DNA of 64,000 bases from an uncultured Elusimicrobia bacterium (GTDB taxonomy: Bacteria > Elusimicrobiota > Elusimicrobia > UBA1565 > UBA9628). The stretch lies in the NCBI GenBank assembly GCA_903830945.1, contig CAIKVT010000021.1:4519-68518 (forward strand), in the 5' to 3' direction. Of the stretch, positions 19,234-28,983 are shown piece by piece. The notes under the pieces were generated by a model, which saw only the letters and a list, made by a program, of their open reading frames with translations, was not told the DNA's origin and searched no databases. The stretch's first letter is position 1; the number at the start of each line of letters is the position of its first letter. The translations under genes were made by a program, and so were the position numbers.

Positions 19234-20273
19234 CGCAGCCCTGCCTCTTCATTGAAGCCGAACATGATATTCATGTTCTGCAAGGCCTGGCCCGCGGCGC
19301 CTTTCATGAGGTTGTCGATGCAGGAGACCACGATGAGCCGCCTGCCGCCCGGGGCTAGCTCGAAGCCCAGGTCGCAGTGGTTGGTGTAGAGTGAATATTG
19401 GATCTGCGGCAGGGCGCCGGAGCCGAAGCAGCGCATGAAGCTTTCGCCGGCGTATGCTTCGCGGTAGAGCCGGTCGATCTGCCGGGCCGTGGCGGGCTTC
19501 TGCAGACGGATGTGCAGGGTGGAGAGGATGCCGCGCGGGATGGGCAGCAGGTGCGGGGTGAAGACCAGCTCGTCGTGGACCAGTCCGGTCTGTTCTAGGA
19601 TCTCGCCGGTGTGGCGGTGGCCGAACACGGAGTAGGCGGAGAAGTTTCCGGCGACCTCCACGAAGTGGGTCTTGGAGGTGGGATTTTTGCCCGCTCCGCT
19701 TACGCCGCTCTTGCAGTCGCAGACCACGCCGGCCGAGCGGTCGATGAGTCCGGCTCGGGCCAGCGGCATCAGGCCCAGGATGACGGATGTGGCGTAGCAG
19801 CCGGGGTTGGCTACCAGTTGGGCACCTTTGATGTCGCGGCGGTATAGCTCGGGCAGGCCGTAGACCGAGGCCGAATCCCAGCGTGCCGCCTTGGTCGGGT
19901 CGCGGTCGGTGAGGGCGTAGACGGCGCGGTTGCCGGAGTCCTTGAGCCGCCAGGCGCCGCTCAAGTCAACCACGCGCAGGCCGCGGTCGAGCGCCTCGGG
20001 CGCCAGCTCGCGCGAGAGATCGTGCGGGGTGGCTAGGAAGAGCAGGCGCACCCTCTGCGCTTTGATTTTCTTCCATGAGAAGGGTTCCAAAGGCAGCGGC
20101 ACAGCACTGCTCAGGGCAGGGTAGAACTCATCGAGCCGTGCGGAGCCTTCGCCTTCTCGTGAGAGAAGGAGGGGGGGCTTGACCTGGGGATGGCGCAGCA
20201 GCAACCGTACCAATTCGCAGCCCGCATAGCCTGTGGCCCCGAGGACTGCGGTACTCAGCTTTCTGGTATTCAT
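19230..20273 (-). CDS. argC: N-acetyl-gamma-glutamyl-phosphate reductase
   Basis: GATGYAG, ATPH, DLSGAWRL, ANPGCY, SGVSGAG, HRHTGEI and DNLMKGAAGQA. The start could be 20327. Confidence 0.96.
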   Translation of the reverse strand: MNTRKLSTAVLGATGYAGCELVRLLLRHPQVKPPLLLSREGEGSARLDEFYPALSSAVPLPLEPFSWKKIKAQRVRLLFLATPHDLSRELAPEALDRGLRVVDLSGAWRLKDSGNRAVYALTDRDPTKAARWDSASVYGLPELYRRDIKGAQLVANPGCYATSVILGLMPLARAGLIDRSAGVVCDCKSGVSGAGKNPTSKTHFVEVAGNFSAYSVFGHRHTGEILEQTGLVHDELVFTPHLLPIPRGILSTLHIRLQKPATARQIDRLYREAYAGESFMRCFGSGALPQIQYSLYTNHCDLGFELAPGGRRLIVVSCIDNLMKGAAGQALQNMNIMFGFNEEAGLR

Positions 20274-20400
20274 GCCCGCGGCGCCTTGACGCGCCAGGTC
20301 TGGGACGGATCGTTTCTGGGCTGTCATCGCGTAAGCCGTGATATTCTACTTAATTCCAGCCATGGTCCCTGCATTATCGTGCGCGCTCCAGGTTTTATAA

Positions 20401-20432
20401 AGAAAAGCCCGGATGGCGTGAGCCATCCGGGC
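20401..20432 (-). terminator. Rho-independent terminator of the S8 protease gene
   Basis: On the minus strand: GCCCGGATGGC-TCAC-GCCATCCGGGC followed by TTTTCTTT. Confidence 0.8.
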
Positions 20433-20450
20433 CTGGGGGTATAAGGCCGG

Positions 20451-22388
20451 TTAGAATTGCTTTTTTTTGATGGCGTCCAGGTGCGATTGGAGGTACTCGA
20501 TGGCCTTTCTGGGATCGATCACGCCGCCGGCCGAGCGTGTGTAGGGGTTTCCGTTGGCTATTGGATTGGAAGTCGCTTGCAGGATCTTCTTGACTTGGGT
20601 CGGAGTCAGCTCCACGCCGCTCTCTTTGGCCTTTTGCAGCAGGAGGGCGGTGGTAGCCGTCGTGTGCGGCGTCGCCATGGAGGTTCCGCTCATATGCTCC
20701 GAGAGATCCTCGTTGGGCTTATTGGCGTAGCCCTTGGCATTGAAGGCGGCGGCGATGACATCGACGCCGTAGGCGAAGACGTCGGGTTTTTGTTCAGTCT
20801 TTCCGGTGGCCGTGTTGATCACATTCTGGTTCGAGGAGAAGGAAGCGATCTGATTGAAGTAATCCACGGCCCCGACCGTTATGGCTTCGGGCGCGAAGCC
20901 GGGCTTTCGGGCGGTTCCCTCACCCTCATTGCCCGCGGCCACCACGACAACCACGCCTTGCTCGGAGAGCTTTTTCACCCAGGAGCTGAGCTGATCGAGG
21001 TCCCGGGGATCCCTGACCTTGGTGTTCGACGCGGAGATGCCCAGGCTCATGTTTACGATGTCGATGCGGTCGCCCTTGATCTTGCCTTCGGCTACGGCCT
21101 GGTTGTGGTCATAGACGTTTTTGAGGCCGTTGGCGATGGCCTGCGTGATCATCATCCCGTCGCGCTGCAGTTCCTTGGGGATGCGCTCCAAGACTGGCGC
21201 CTCCTCGTCAAGCACCTTGATGTTGATGATCTTGACCTTGGGGGCGTAAGCCAGCACGGTGGAGGCCACATGCGTGCCGTGCTCGCCCGTGTAGTTGGGC
21301 TTGCCGAAGGTGGCCTTGTTCTTGGGGTCTACATACCGGTCCTCGGTGATGACCTTGCCGTCCAGGCCGTCCGTAACCTGCCCTTTGAGGAATGGATGGT
21401 CCTTGTCCATGCCTACGTCGAGGATGGCCACGGTCACCCCGCTGCCGTCGATCTTCTGCCGCCAGAGCTTGTCTACGCGCTGCTGCCAGAGGCTTTGGCC
21501 CATGGGGTAGGACTCGAAGAGAGTGCGCCACTGCGCCTGGCTCAGATCCTTCTCTGGGATAGCCTTGACTAGTCGCACCAAGGTGGAAGGCACCAAGGGT
21601 CTTCCATCGGCGCCGATCTGGAGGGTCGTCATCTCGCCGTCCACTTGACGGATAAAATACGGTACGGATTTCGGGCAATCCTTGCCCTTGCATGTCTGTA
21701 GAGCGTCCATGGCGGCGCGCAGGATATCCTGTTTAGTTTTGAGCACGGCGCGCAGGGACTTGCCCTGCTTGCCCAGGCCCGCGTAATCCGCGTCGTCCGG
21801 GATATTCTTGGCCATGATCTCATCGATGCGGGACATGTAGCCGGTCAGCAGTTCGGGGTGGACCTTATACTTGGGATCATCGATGCGCTCGGCGTAGTCG
21901 CGTAAGGCTAAAATCAGGGCGGCCAGCTTCCTGTTAGTGATCCTGGCTATCTTGTCGGCGGGGGTGCGGCTCAGAAGCTCCAGGAGGGCGACCCCGACCT
22001 TGGTTGGGTTCTGGGTGGCCTTCGGTGCGGCCCTCGGCGCTGGCGCATCTTTCTTCGGCAACGCGGGGTTGTTGCCATCCTCCTCATCCACAGGCGCCGG
22101 CACCTCCGAGGGTTTGTCCTCCGCAGGAGCCGTCACCTTTAAGGGGAAACGGTAGAGTTCAACGTAGGCTTCGTCGTTGTTGAGGTTCGCAGCGTTCTGG
22201 AAGTAGATGCCCGGGGGCAGGCCGTAGTCTTGAAGCGCCATGATCTGTTTGATTGACAGGTTCGTCGCGGCCGTGTCATCTTTGTTTTCGTTCGGCGCGG
22301 GTTGGGCGGCCGTCGAAAACGGCGCTAGAGTCAGCGCGAAGAAGCCGGCCGCCAGCCACAGACGCAGCAGTTTCTTAGCCCTGTTCAT
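20451..22388 (-). CDS. Secreted S8 (subtilisin-like) serine protease with long unrecognised N-terminal region
   Basis: Triad ILDVG, HGTHVA and GTSMATP; oxyanion AAGN; signal peptide. Confidence 0.92.
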   Translation of the reverse strand: MNRAKKLLRLWLAAGFFALTLAPFSTAAQPAPNENKDDTAATNLSIKQIMALQDYGLPPGIYFQNAANLNNDEAYVELYRFPLKVTAPAEDKPSEVPAPVDEEDGNNPALPKKDAPAPRAAPKATQNPTKVGVALLELLSRTPADKIARITNRKLAALILALRDYAERIDDPKYKVHPELLTGYMSRIDEIMAKNIPDDADYAGLGKQGKSLRAVLKTKQDILRAAMDALQTCKGKDCPKSVPYFIRQVDGEMTTLQIGADGRPLVPSTLVRLVKAIPEKDLSQAQWRTLFESYPMGQSLWQQRVDKLWRQKIDGSGVTVAILDVGMDKDHPFLKGQVTDGLDGKVITEDRYVDPKNKATFGKPNYTGEHGTHVASTVLAYAPKVKIINIKVLDEEAPVLERIPKELQRDGMMITQAIANGLKNVYDHNQAVAEGKIKGDRIDIVNMSLGISASNTKVRDPRDLDQLSSWVKKLSEQGVVVVVAAGNEGEGTARKPGFAPEAITVGAVDYFNQIASFSSNQNVINTATGKTEQKPDVFAYGVDVIAAAFNAKGYANKPNEDLSEHMSGTSMATPHTTATTALLLQKAKESGVELTPTQVKKILQATSNPIANGNPYTRSAGGVIDPRKAIEYLQSHLDAIKKKQF

Positions 22389-22550
22389 ATCGTCCCCTAT
22401 GACCATGGTGACAATAGGATAGGGGGGGAACGCGATTTCGTCAAGACCGGTCAGGCCTACGACGGGATAGGTCTCAAGGCCTAGGCATCATCTCCGGCGC
22501 GATCGTTGCCTTGGACCGAGGACCTGGAATGTGGTAGTCTAGTGATCGCG

Positions 22551-23450
22551 ATGTCCAAGACCATCCTCATCATCGACGACGACCAGACCTTGGTTGCGCC
22601 TCTTAAAGAAGGGCTCGAGGCCATGGGCTATCGGGTGGCGGCGGCCTTCGACGGCCAGCAGGGCATCCACTTGGCCCAGCAGGTCAAGCCGGACCTTGTC
22701 ATCCTGGATTTTTATATGCCCGGGGGCGGGGGGGCCATAGTCTACGAGCGCCTGCGCCAGGGCCAGGAGACGGCCCAGACGCCCATCGTGTTCTCGACGG
22801 TCGTCTCGATGGAGGAGGTCAAGGGCCGTATCCATCCCAGCGCCAACACCTATTTCCTGAGGAAGCCAGTGGGCCTGGGCCAGCTTGCGGCTCTCATTCG
22901 ATCGGTCCTGGGCGAGCAGCAATCGTCGGTGACGGCAGAGGGGCCGCATCTGAGCGCCCAAACACCCGCTGAGGACGCTCAGTGCGGCGGCGCGGTCATG
23001 CTGTCGTCGTCGCGGGTGCATGATCTGGCGGTGCGCGTGACTTACGCGGACACAGACCGGATGGGCGTGGTCTACTACGCCAACTATTTGCGGTTCTTCG
23101 AGCAGGGCCGTACGGAGCTCCTGCGCAGTCTGGGCTCGCGTTACCGTGACCTGGAACTCCATCGAAAGCTTTATCTTCCTGTGGCCGCGGCCTTATGCCG
23201 GTATGTATCGCCGGGTCGATATGACGACCTGCTGCTGGTGCGGACCTGGGTCTCTGCGCTGGGCAAGGCCAGCCTGAGCTTCGCCTACGAGATCCTCGAC
23301 GCGGAGAGCGCCGGTCGCCGCCTCGTCGTGGGCTGTACCCGCCACGCCCTGGTCGATGAGCTTTGGAAGCCCGCTCGGCTGCCGGACGACCTACGCACGG
23401 CGTTGTCGAATTTTTTAGGGCCGGAGCCTGTCGGTTTCAAGACCAAATAG
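22551..23450 (+). CDS. Response-regulator receiver fused to a YbgC/4HBT acyl-CoA thioesterase
   Basis: REC motifs ILIIDDD, PDLVILDFYMP and LRKP; thioesterase RVTYADTDRMGVVYYANYLRFFEQGRTE; no stop between them. Confidence 0.88.
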   Translation: MSKTILIIDDDQTLVAPLKEGLEAMGYRVAAAFDGQQGIHLAQQVKPDLVILDFYMPGGGGAIVYERLRQGQETAQTPIVFSTVVSMEEVKGRIHPSANTYFLRKPVGLGQLAALIRSVLGEQQSSVTAEGPHLSAQTPAEDAQCGGAVMLSSSRVHDLAVRVTYADTDRMGVVYYANYLRFFEQGRTELLRSLGSRYRDLELHRKLYLPVAAALCRYVSPGRYDDLLLVRTWVSALGKASLSFAYEILDAESAGRRLVVGCTRHALVDELWKPARLPDDLRTALSNFLGPEPVGFKTK

Positions 23451-23528
23451 GATGCCTTCAGGCACATGGCCGTCAACTTATTCCCTTCAGGACGCTCAGT
23501 GCCATCGCGCTACGGGCAGGTGACGCGC

Positions 23529-24608
23529 TCAGGTGTAGGGGACGGCGATGCAGGATCGCGTGTCATGCCCGCGCAGGCGGGCCTCGCTGACGTACCATTC
23601 CCACGCGACATTCAGCAGGACCTTGATGATGCAGGCGGCAGGTACCGCGAAGACGAGTCCTAGGAAGCCGAAGATCTCGCCTCCGATCATCATGGAGAGT
23701 AAAAAGAGGAGCGGGTGCAGGTGCACGGAGTACTTGGCGATGAAAGGCTGAAACAACATCTCGTCGCCTAATCGGATGCCGACGAAGAGAGCGACCACCT
23801 GCAGGCCGGCCTTCGGGGTTCCGAACTGGACGGCGGCCGCGATGCCTCCAACGAGAGCCCCCATGACGGCGCCCAAATAGGGCACGAAGCTGGACACCCC
23901 GGAGAGGACGGCGATGGAGAGCGCTGCGTTGATCCCGAGGGCCAGAAGACCCAGGTAAGAGACCACAGTGATGGCTAGGGCCACGATGAGGATGCCGCGC
24001 AGGTAATGGCCCAGGGATGCGTCGATCTCGTTGAGCAGATGGAGGGCTTGCTCCGCATAGCGGCTCGGGGCCGCTTGGATCAAAGTCGAGATGATGAGCG
24101 GCCCGTCAAGGAGGAGAAAGAAGGTGATGAAGGGCACCAGGAAGAATAGGGAGATCAGCGGGAATAGTCTTAGAATATAGGAAGGCGCGAGCTGGAGCTG
24201 CTCCATGGCCGAGGCGTAGGCGCGGCTGGCGAGCTGCCCGATGGGCAGTCCGCTGCGCGGCAGACGTCTGGCGGCATGGGACTGGAAATCGGCCGCGAAC
24301 TTCTGCGCTCTGGCGAGATAGGCCGGGGCGTCAACCTGTAGACGTGAGGTCTCCGCGCTCACCAGAGGGAGGAGATACTGCGCCAGTAGGAAGAGCAGGA
24401 ATGCGGCCAGAAGGTAGAAGGCTAGAACGATATGGAACCGTCGCAGGCCCCGCGTCTCGACCGCGTCGATGAGCGGGTTGACCACGTAGGCTAAGGCGAA
24501 GCTTAGCACGAAAGGCATCAGGGCTTGGCGTGCCAGATAGGCGCAGTAGAGCCCCCCGGCGCAGACCATGATGGCCGGCAAGAGGGGGGCGACTCGGCGT
24601 TCGGTCAT
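23529..24608 (-). CDS. AI-2E family transporter
   Basis: PFVLSFALAYVVNPL, FVPYLGA, LHPL and GFLGLVFAVPAA. Confidence 0.92.
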   Translation of the reverse strand: MTERRVAPLLPAIMVCAGGLYCAYLARQALMPFVLSFALAYVVNPLIDAVETRGLRRFHIVLAFYLLAAFLLFLLAQYLLPLVSAETSRLQVDAPAYLARAQKFAADFQSHAARRLPRSGLPIGQLASRAYASAMEQLQLAPSYILRLFPLISLFFLVPFITFFLLLDGPLIISTLIQAAPSRYAEQALHLLNEIDASLGHYLRGILIVALAITVVSYLGLLALGINAALSIAVLSGVSSFVPYLGAVMGALVGGIAAAVQFGTPKAGLQVVALFVGIRLGDEMLFQPFIAKYSVHLHPLLFLLSMMIGGEIFGFLGLVFAVPAACIIKVLLNVAWEWYVSEARLRGHDTRSCIAVPYT

Positions 24609-25141
24609 GAGGCGGGCATGCCCCCGGGCGCCGAAGAGATGCGGCGCAGACGCGCTGAGAGGAGCTGGGCGAGATGTGTCATGATCTGCACGCCGATTCG
24701 GGGGTGGTAGTTGAGGATGGACTCCAACTTGGAGCGATAAAGCAGGAATATCTGGGATTTCTCCAGGGCTGTGGCCGTGGCCGTGCGCGGCAGTTGCTCC
24801 AGCAGCGCCATCTCTCCGAAGAATTCTCCGGACTGTATGGTGTATATTTTCTGGGATTTTCCGTCAGGCCCGGTTTTGGTGAGCTCGACTTGGCCCGACT
24901 CCAGGATGAAGAGGGCCCGGCCGATGTCGCCTTCCATGAAAAGGACCTCACCTTCATGATAGGTCCGGCTGTGCATGTTCTCGACGAGATATCCCAGTTC
25001 CACGAAGCCCAGGTCTCGGAAGAGGTCCAGGGATTTGAGGAAGGCCCGCTTGCGCGAAGAGGCGGGGTCGCCGAATATCCGTTTTAAGATGCGCGGCAGA
25101 GGCATTGGGCTAAGAGCTCTTGCCGAGGAATCGGCCGGCAA
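24605..25141 (-). CDS. Stand-alone cyclic-nucleotide-binding domain protein
   Basis: LFMEGDIG, FILESGQV and GEFFGEMALLEQLPRTATA (phosphate-binding cassette); no HTH. Confidence 0.9.
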   Translation of the reverse strand: MPADSSARALSPMPLPRILKRIFGDPASSRKRAFLKSLDLFRDLGFVELGYLVENMHSRTYHEGEVLFMEGDIGRALFILESGQVELTKTGPDGKSQKIYTIQSGEFFGEMALLEQLPRTATATALEKSQIFLLYRSKLESILNYHPRIGVQIMTHLAQLLSARLRRISSAPGGMPAS

Positions 25142-25346
25142 GATTGAATACCGAGCTGAAGAGATGCAGCCAGCCGGAGCGGACGGCTTGACCGAAGGAG
25201 GCGACTTGATGGTCGACTCGGTAGGTCAGGACCTCCACGGCCTGGGCTGCTTTCTTGATCTTCAGGAGGGTGATGATCATGATGACTACAAGGATGCTGA
25301 GTTCCAAGACGATGATGGCGAGGCAGGCGGCGATGAATGTCTCCAT
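25110..25346 (-). CDS. Small single-TM hypothetical protein
   Basis: METFIAACLAIIVLELSILVVIMIITLLKIKK; overlaps the next gene in the same direction. Confidence 0.6.
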   Translation of the reverse strand: METFIAACLAIIVLELSILVVIMIITLLKIKKAAQAVEVLTYRVDHQVASFGQAVRSGWLHLFSSVFNLAGRFLGKSS

Positions 25347-25408
25347 AGTAGGCACTATAACTAATCGCGCCGAGCGTCGTCAATTGTGGAAATGCTACCA
25401 TCACGAGG

Positions 25409-25903
25409 ATGAATCCCTCGGCTTTTCTTCCCGCCGAGCGCAAGCGCGCTTTGTTGGTCCGCCCGGCCGTTCTGCTGGGCGTCTTCTTCGCGGACCGGCT
25501 GACCAAGTTGTGGGCCATGGAGCGCCTCGCGCCGCGGGCCGGTCTGCCGCTGCTGCCATTCTTCCATCTGACTTATGTGGAGAACACGGGCGCGGCCTTC
25601 GGTATCGGCCGCAGCCGCAACGGGTTCTTCGTGGTCTTGACGCTGACGCTGCTGGGCGCGCTTTGCTTTCTGCGCCGTCACTGGCCTCGCGAGGACCGTT
25701 GGCTGGAGAGCGGATTCCTGCTCGTGGCCGGCGGCGCTCTGGGTAATCTTTACGACCGTCTGGCCTACGGATTCGTGGTGGATTTTCTGGATTTCCGTGT
25801 ATGGCCGGTCTTTAACGTCGCGGATTCCTGCGTGACCGTGGGGGCCTGCTGCCTGGCCTGGGGTCTTTCTCGTTTGGAAAAGACGCCGCTCGGACACACC
25901 TGA
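25409..25903 (+). CDS. lspA: Signal peptidase II
   Basis: DRLTK, NTGAAFG, GGALGNLYDR, VVDFL and FNVAD. Confidence 0.96.
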   Translation: MNPSAFLPAERKRALLVRPAVLLGVFFADRLTKLWAMERLAPRAGLPLLPFFHLTYVENTGAAFGIGRSRNGFFVVLTLTLLGALCFLRRHWPREDRWLESGFLLVAGGALGNLYDRLAYGFVVDFLDFRVWPVFNVADSCVTVGACCLAWGLSRLEKTPLGHT

Positions 25904-25940
25904 GCATTTCTGGGCGGCGTGCTTGGCGCCGTGAGAGGAT

Positions 25941-26576
25941 TCAGCTCATCTTGTGGATGAAGTAACCCGCGCCGAAACCGAGCAAGGCACAGGTCATCAG
26001 CCCGACTGGCCCGCCGAGGATGAACCCGATCAGCCCGGCCCAGATCGCCGCCTTGCCGCCCGCGATGGTGGCGTTCCATTTATTGGGGTCATCGGGATCC
26101 TTCTTCTCGCTCGGGGTATCGCCTTGGGGCGGGGGAGTCGACGCGGTCAGGTTCGCTTTTGCTCGGTTGCTGTCGGTGAGAGGGCCCGTTGCGGTCGAAG
26201 TGGTCTGCGCTACGGCAGCGGTCGAGGCGGTCTGCGTTACGGTCGCGGCTGGGGTGCAGAGGGACCCGTCGAAAAGATGGCCGTTGTCGCACGCGCCTGC
26301 AATCTTCTTCGTGGTGTCGCTTGTTTTGGTGGAATCCACATTGCGCTTCGACATCATGTGGCCCATATAGTCGGTTAGGAAAATGCGCCAGCCTTGGGCG
26401 TTTTTCTCATCGGGTTCGCCCAATTGCGCCAGGGCGGTTTTGTAGGTGACGGAGATGGAGGCATCCTCCTTGGCCATGCTGTAGAGCTTTTGATCTTCCT
26501 TGGATAGTCCTTCCGCTGCGGCGAGGAGGGCGGAAGCCAAGACGACGAAGCAGGCCAAGGCCAGAGTCTTCTTCAT
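25941..26576 (-). CDS. Hypothetical secreted protein with C-terminal glycine-zipper-like TM
   Basis: MKKTLALACFVVLASALLAAA signal with GAGG RBS; C-terminal GLIGFILGGPVGLMTCALLGFGAG. Confidence 0.7.
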   Translation of the reverse strand: MKKTLALACFVVLASALLAAAEGLSKEDQKLYSMAKEDASISVTYKTALAQLGEPDEKNAQGWRIFLTDYMGHMMSKRNVDSTKTSDTTKKIAGACDNGHLFDGSLCTPAATVTQTASTAAVAQTTSTATGPLTDSNRAKANLTASTPPPQGDTPSEKKDPDDPNKWNATIAGGKAAIWAGLIGFILGGPVGLMTCALLGFGAGYFIHKMS

Positions 26577-26714
26577 ATGAACCTCAGGATGAGGAAATCT
26601 GTTACGAGTAGCATAACTCTCCAAGCTCGAATATTCAAGCCCTACTCACCAGCCATATGGTATCCCATGTGGCCGCGTCGGCGCAGTGCCTAAGGTCCCT
26701 GGCGGGTCTGGGTC

Positions 26715-28106
26715 TTAGGACCCAGACCGGTCCAGGAGCCCTACGAGTTCCACGTGCGAGGTCTGCGGAAAGAGATCGACGGGCTGGACCCGGGTCAGGG
26801 AGAACCCGGATCGGCTGAGGTAGCCTGCGTCGCGGGCGAAGGTCGCCGGGTCGCATGAGACGTAGACCACGCGTCGGACCGAGGGACGGGTCAGGAAGCG
26901 CAGTACCGGCACGGTGAGGCCGGCGCGCGGCGGATCCACGACTACAGCTAAGGAGCCGCCCAGGCCTTCCCTGAAAAGTCTCGGCAGGATCGCTTCCACC
27001 CGGCCTCCGGTGAACCGCACGTTGCGCACGGCGTTGCGCTCCGCGGACTTCCAGGCGTCGCGCACCGCGTCGCGATTCTCCTCCACCCCGATGATTTTCG
27101 GAGCCGACGGCGCCAGCCAGAGCGTGAGGGTCCCGACTCCGCAGTAGAGGTCCAAGACCTGGTCGAAGGGGCGCCCTCCCTCGCTGAGGGCCTGCCGGGC
27201 GCAATCATAGAGGACTGCGGCCGCCGCGGTGTTCACTTGTAGAAATGCCCCTGGAGACACCATGAAGGAAAGCTTGCCCAGACGTTCCTCCATGACTGAG
27301 GCGCCCCAGAGACGTCGCCAGTGGGGGCCCAGGATGACCGAGGTCTTGAGCGGCTGGATGTTGTGGTGTATGCCGAGGATCTCGGGGAACGCCGCGCGTA
27401 GGCGGGATACGAAGTCCTCGGCCCCAGGGAATTGCGGGCCGTGCGTGACCAAGGTGACCAAGGCCTGACCTTTTCCATTGGTGCGCACGAAGATATGGCG
27501 CAGCCAGCCCCGGCCGGAGCCCTCGTCATAGGCGCGCCAACCGAGATTTTCGGCGAGTTCCTTGACCTTTAAAACGATGCGCACGGAGATATCGGGCTGC
27601 ACCGGGCAGGTAAGGGCATCTACGATCTGGTGGGAGCTTGCGGCGTAGAAGCCCGCGATGAGGCCCTGGCCTCCGGGGCGCTCTCCGAAAGGGACCATGA
27701 CTTTGTTGCGGTAGGTCCATTGCTGTGGTGAGGGCAAGGTCGGCAGGATGGAGACGTCCTTGAGTTTGCCTATGCGCTCTACGCAGTCGCGCACGAGTGC
27801 GGCCTTGTGGCGCAGTTGGGCTTGGTAATCCAGGTGCTGCCAGTCGCAGCCGCCGCAGGCCGGCCCGGGGCGGTCCGGCGCGAAGTGCAGCGGGCAGGGG
27901 GGGACTTGGCGCTCCGGCCCCGGCGAGAGAAGCCTGAGGATGCGGGCTCGAGCGAAGGATGACTTGGCCGAGATGACTTCGACTTCCAAGATATCTCCGG
28001 GTGCGCCTCCGGCCACGAAGATCACGCGCGGAGAGGCCTCGGCCTTGGCAACGGCTTGGCCTTCCGGGGCCATGCGCAGGACGCGGACCGTCAGTCTTTC
28101 AGCCAT
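26715..28106 (-). CDS. rlmD: 23S rRNA (uracil-C5)-methyltransferase
   Basis: TRAM N-terminus, CGGCDWQH, YRNK, FLQVN, DLYCGVG, DPPRAG, YVSCDPATFARD and DLFPQTSHVE. Confidence 0.96.
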   Translation of the reverse strand: MAERLTVRVLRMAPEGQAVAKAEASPRVIFVAGGAPGDILEVEVISAKSSFARARILRLLSPGPERQVPPCPLHFAPDRPGPACGGCDWQHLDYQAQLRHKAALVRDCVERIGKLKDVSILPTLPSPQQWTYRNKVMVPFGERPGGQGLIAGFYAASSHQIVDALTCPVQPDISVRIVLKVKELAENLGWRAYDEGSGRGWLRHIFVRTNGKGQALVTLVTHGPQFPGAEDFVSRLRAAFPEILGIHHNIQPLKTSVILGPHWRRLWGASVMEERLGKLSFMVSPGAFLQVNTAAAAVLYDCARQALSEGGRPFDQVLDLYCGVGTLTLWLAPSAPKIIGVEENRDAVRDAWKSAERNAVRNVRFTGGRVEAILPRLFREGLGGSLAVVVDPPRAGLTVPVLRFLTRPSVRRVVYVSCDPATFARDAGYLSRSGFSLTRVQPVDLFPQTSHVELVGLLDRSGS

Positions 28107-28155
28107 GTTGATCTCCCTCTCATGTCGTATATTTTATCAATTTGGTAAACTCATC

Positions 28156-28983
28156 ATGATGAGAGGCTTGGCATTGTTGCTGCCGGCTGTCCTTCTTGCC
28201 GGGTGCGTCGCCGTGCCCGGCGCGATGGACGAAGACCACCTGGCGCGTCCGCAGGCCATCACCGGGGAGGCGTTTCCTGACCTGGATTCCGGTTTCAACG
28301 AGCAGCAGAGTCTGCATTTCGCGGTGCGCGCTTACGGCAACGGCAAGGCCATGCAGACCGCTGATCTTGCTGAGACCGCGTACCAGCGCATCATGGTGGA
28401 CACCGGCCTTTCCTCCTTTCAGCCTTTGGGCGGGCGCTGCAAGATCATGATCTACGCTAACGCCGACGAGTATCGCAAGAAGACCGGACAACCCGGATGG
28501 TCGAACAGTGTGGTCGTGAGTGGTTCCATCTATTCCTACGAGGGTGGGCACCTCGACAGGATGCTCTCGCATGAGTTGACGCGTCTTATCTTCTATGATT
28601 ACATGGGTCATACCAATATAGACCACCGTTGGGTCAGCGAAGGTCTGGCGATTTATGAGGAAGACAAGGCCGGCCAACCCGCCTCGGGCGGCGTGGCTTC
28701 GCCCATGCCGGCTTGGCCTCAAGGCTGGCAGCCTTTGCCCATGGACTCTATCATCCACATGGTGCCGGCCTCGGACCGGGATCGCACGATCAGCGCCTGG
28801 CATCTTCAGGTGGAGAGCCTGGTGCGCTTTATGATCGAACGCGGCGGCCGTATTGGATTCGGCCAGTTCTTGGGCGATCTGCGTCAGGACGCCGTTTTCG
28901 ACAAGGCCGTGGCCGACGCTTTTTCGGGGACCTGGCGGGACCTCCCGGACCTCTACTCCGCCTGGGTCAGGGCTCAGCAGTGA
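28156..28983 (+). CDS. Lipoprotein with peptidase MA-like fold (Zn motif degenerate)
   Basis: Lipobox LLAGC; SHELTRLIF followed by WVSEGLAIY. Confidence 0.7.
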   Translation: MMRGLALLLPAVLLAGCVAVPGAMDEDHLARPQAITGEAFPDLDSGFNEQQSLHFAVRAYGNGKAMQTADLAETAYQRIMVDTGLSSFQPLGGRCKIMIYANADEYRKKTGQPGWSNSVVVSGSIYSYEGGHLDRMLSHELTRLIFYDYMGHTNIDHRWVSEGLAIYEEDKAGQPASGGVASPMPAWPQGWQPLPMDSIIHMVPASDRDRTISAWHLQVESLVRFMIERGGRIGFGQFLGDLRQDAVFDKAVADAFSGTWRDLPDLYSAWVRAQQ

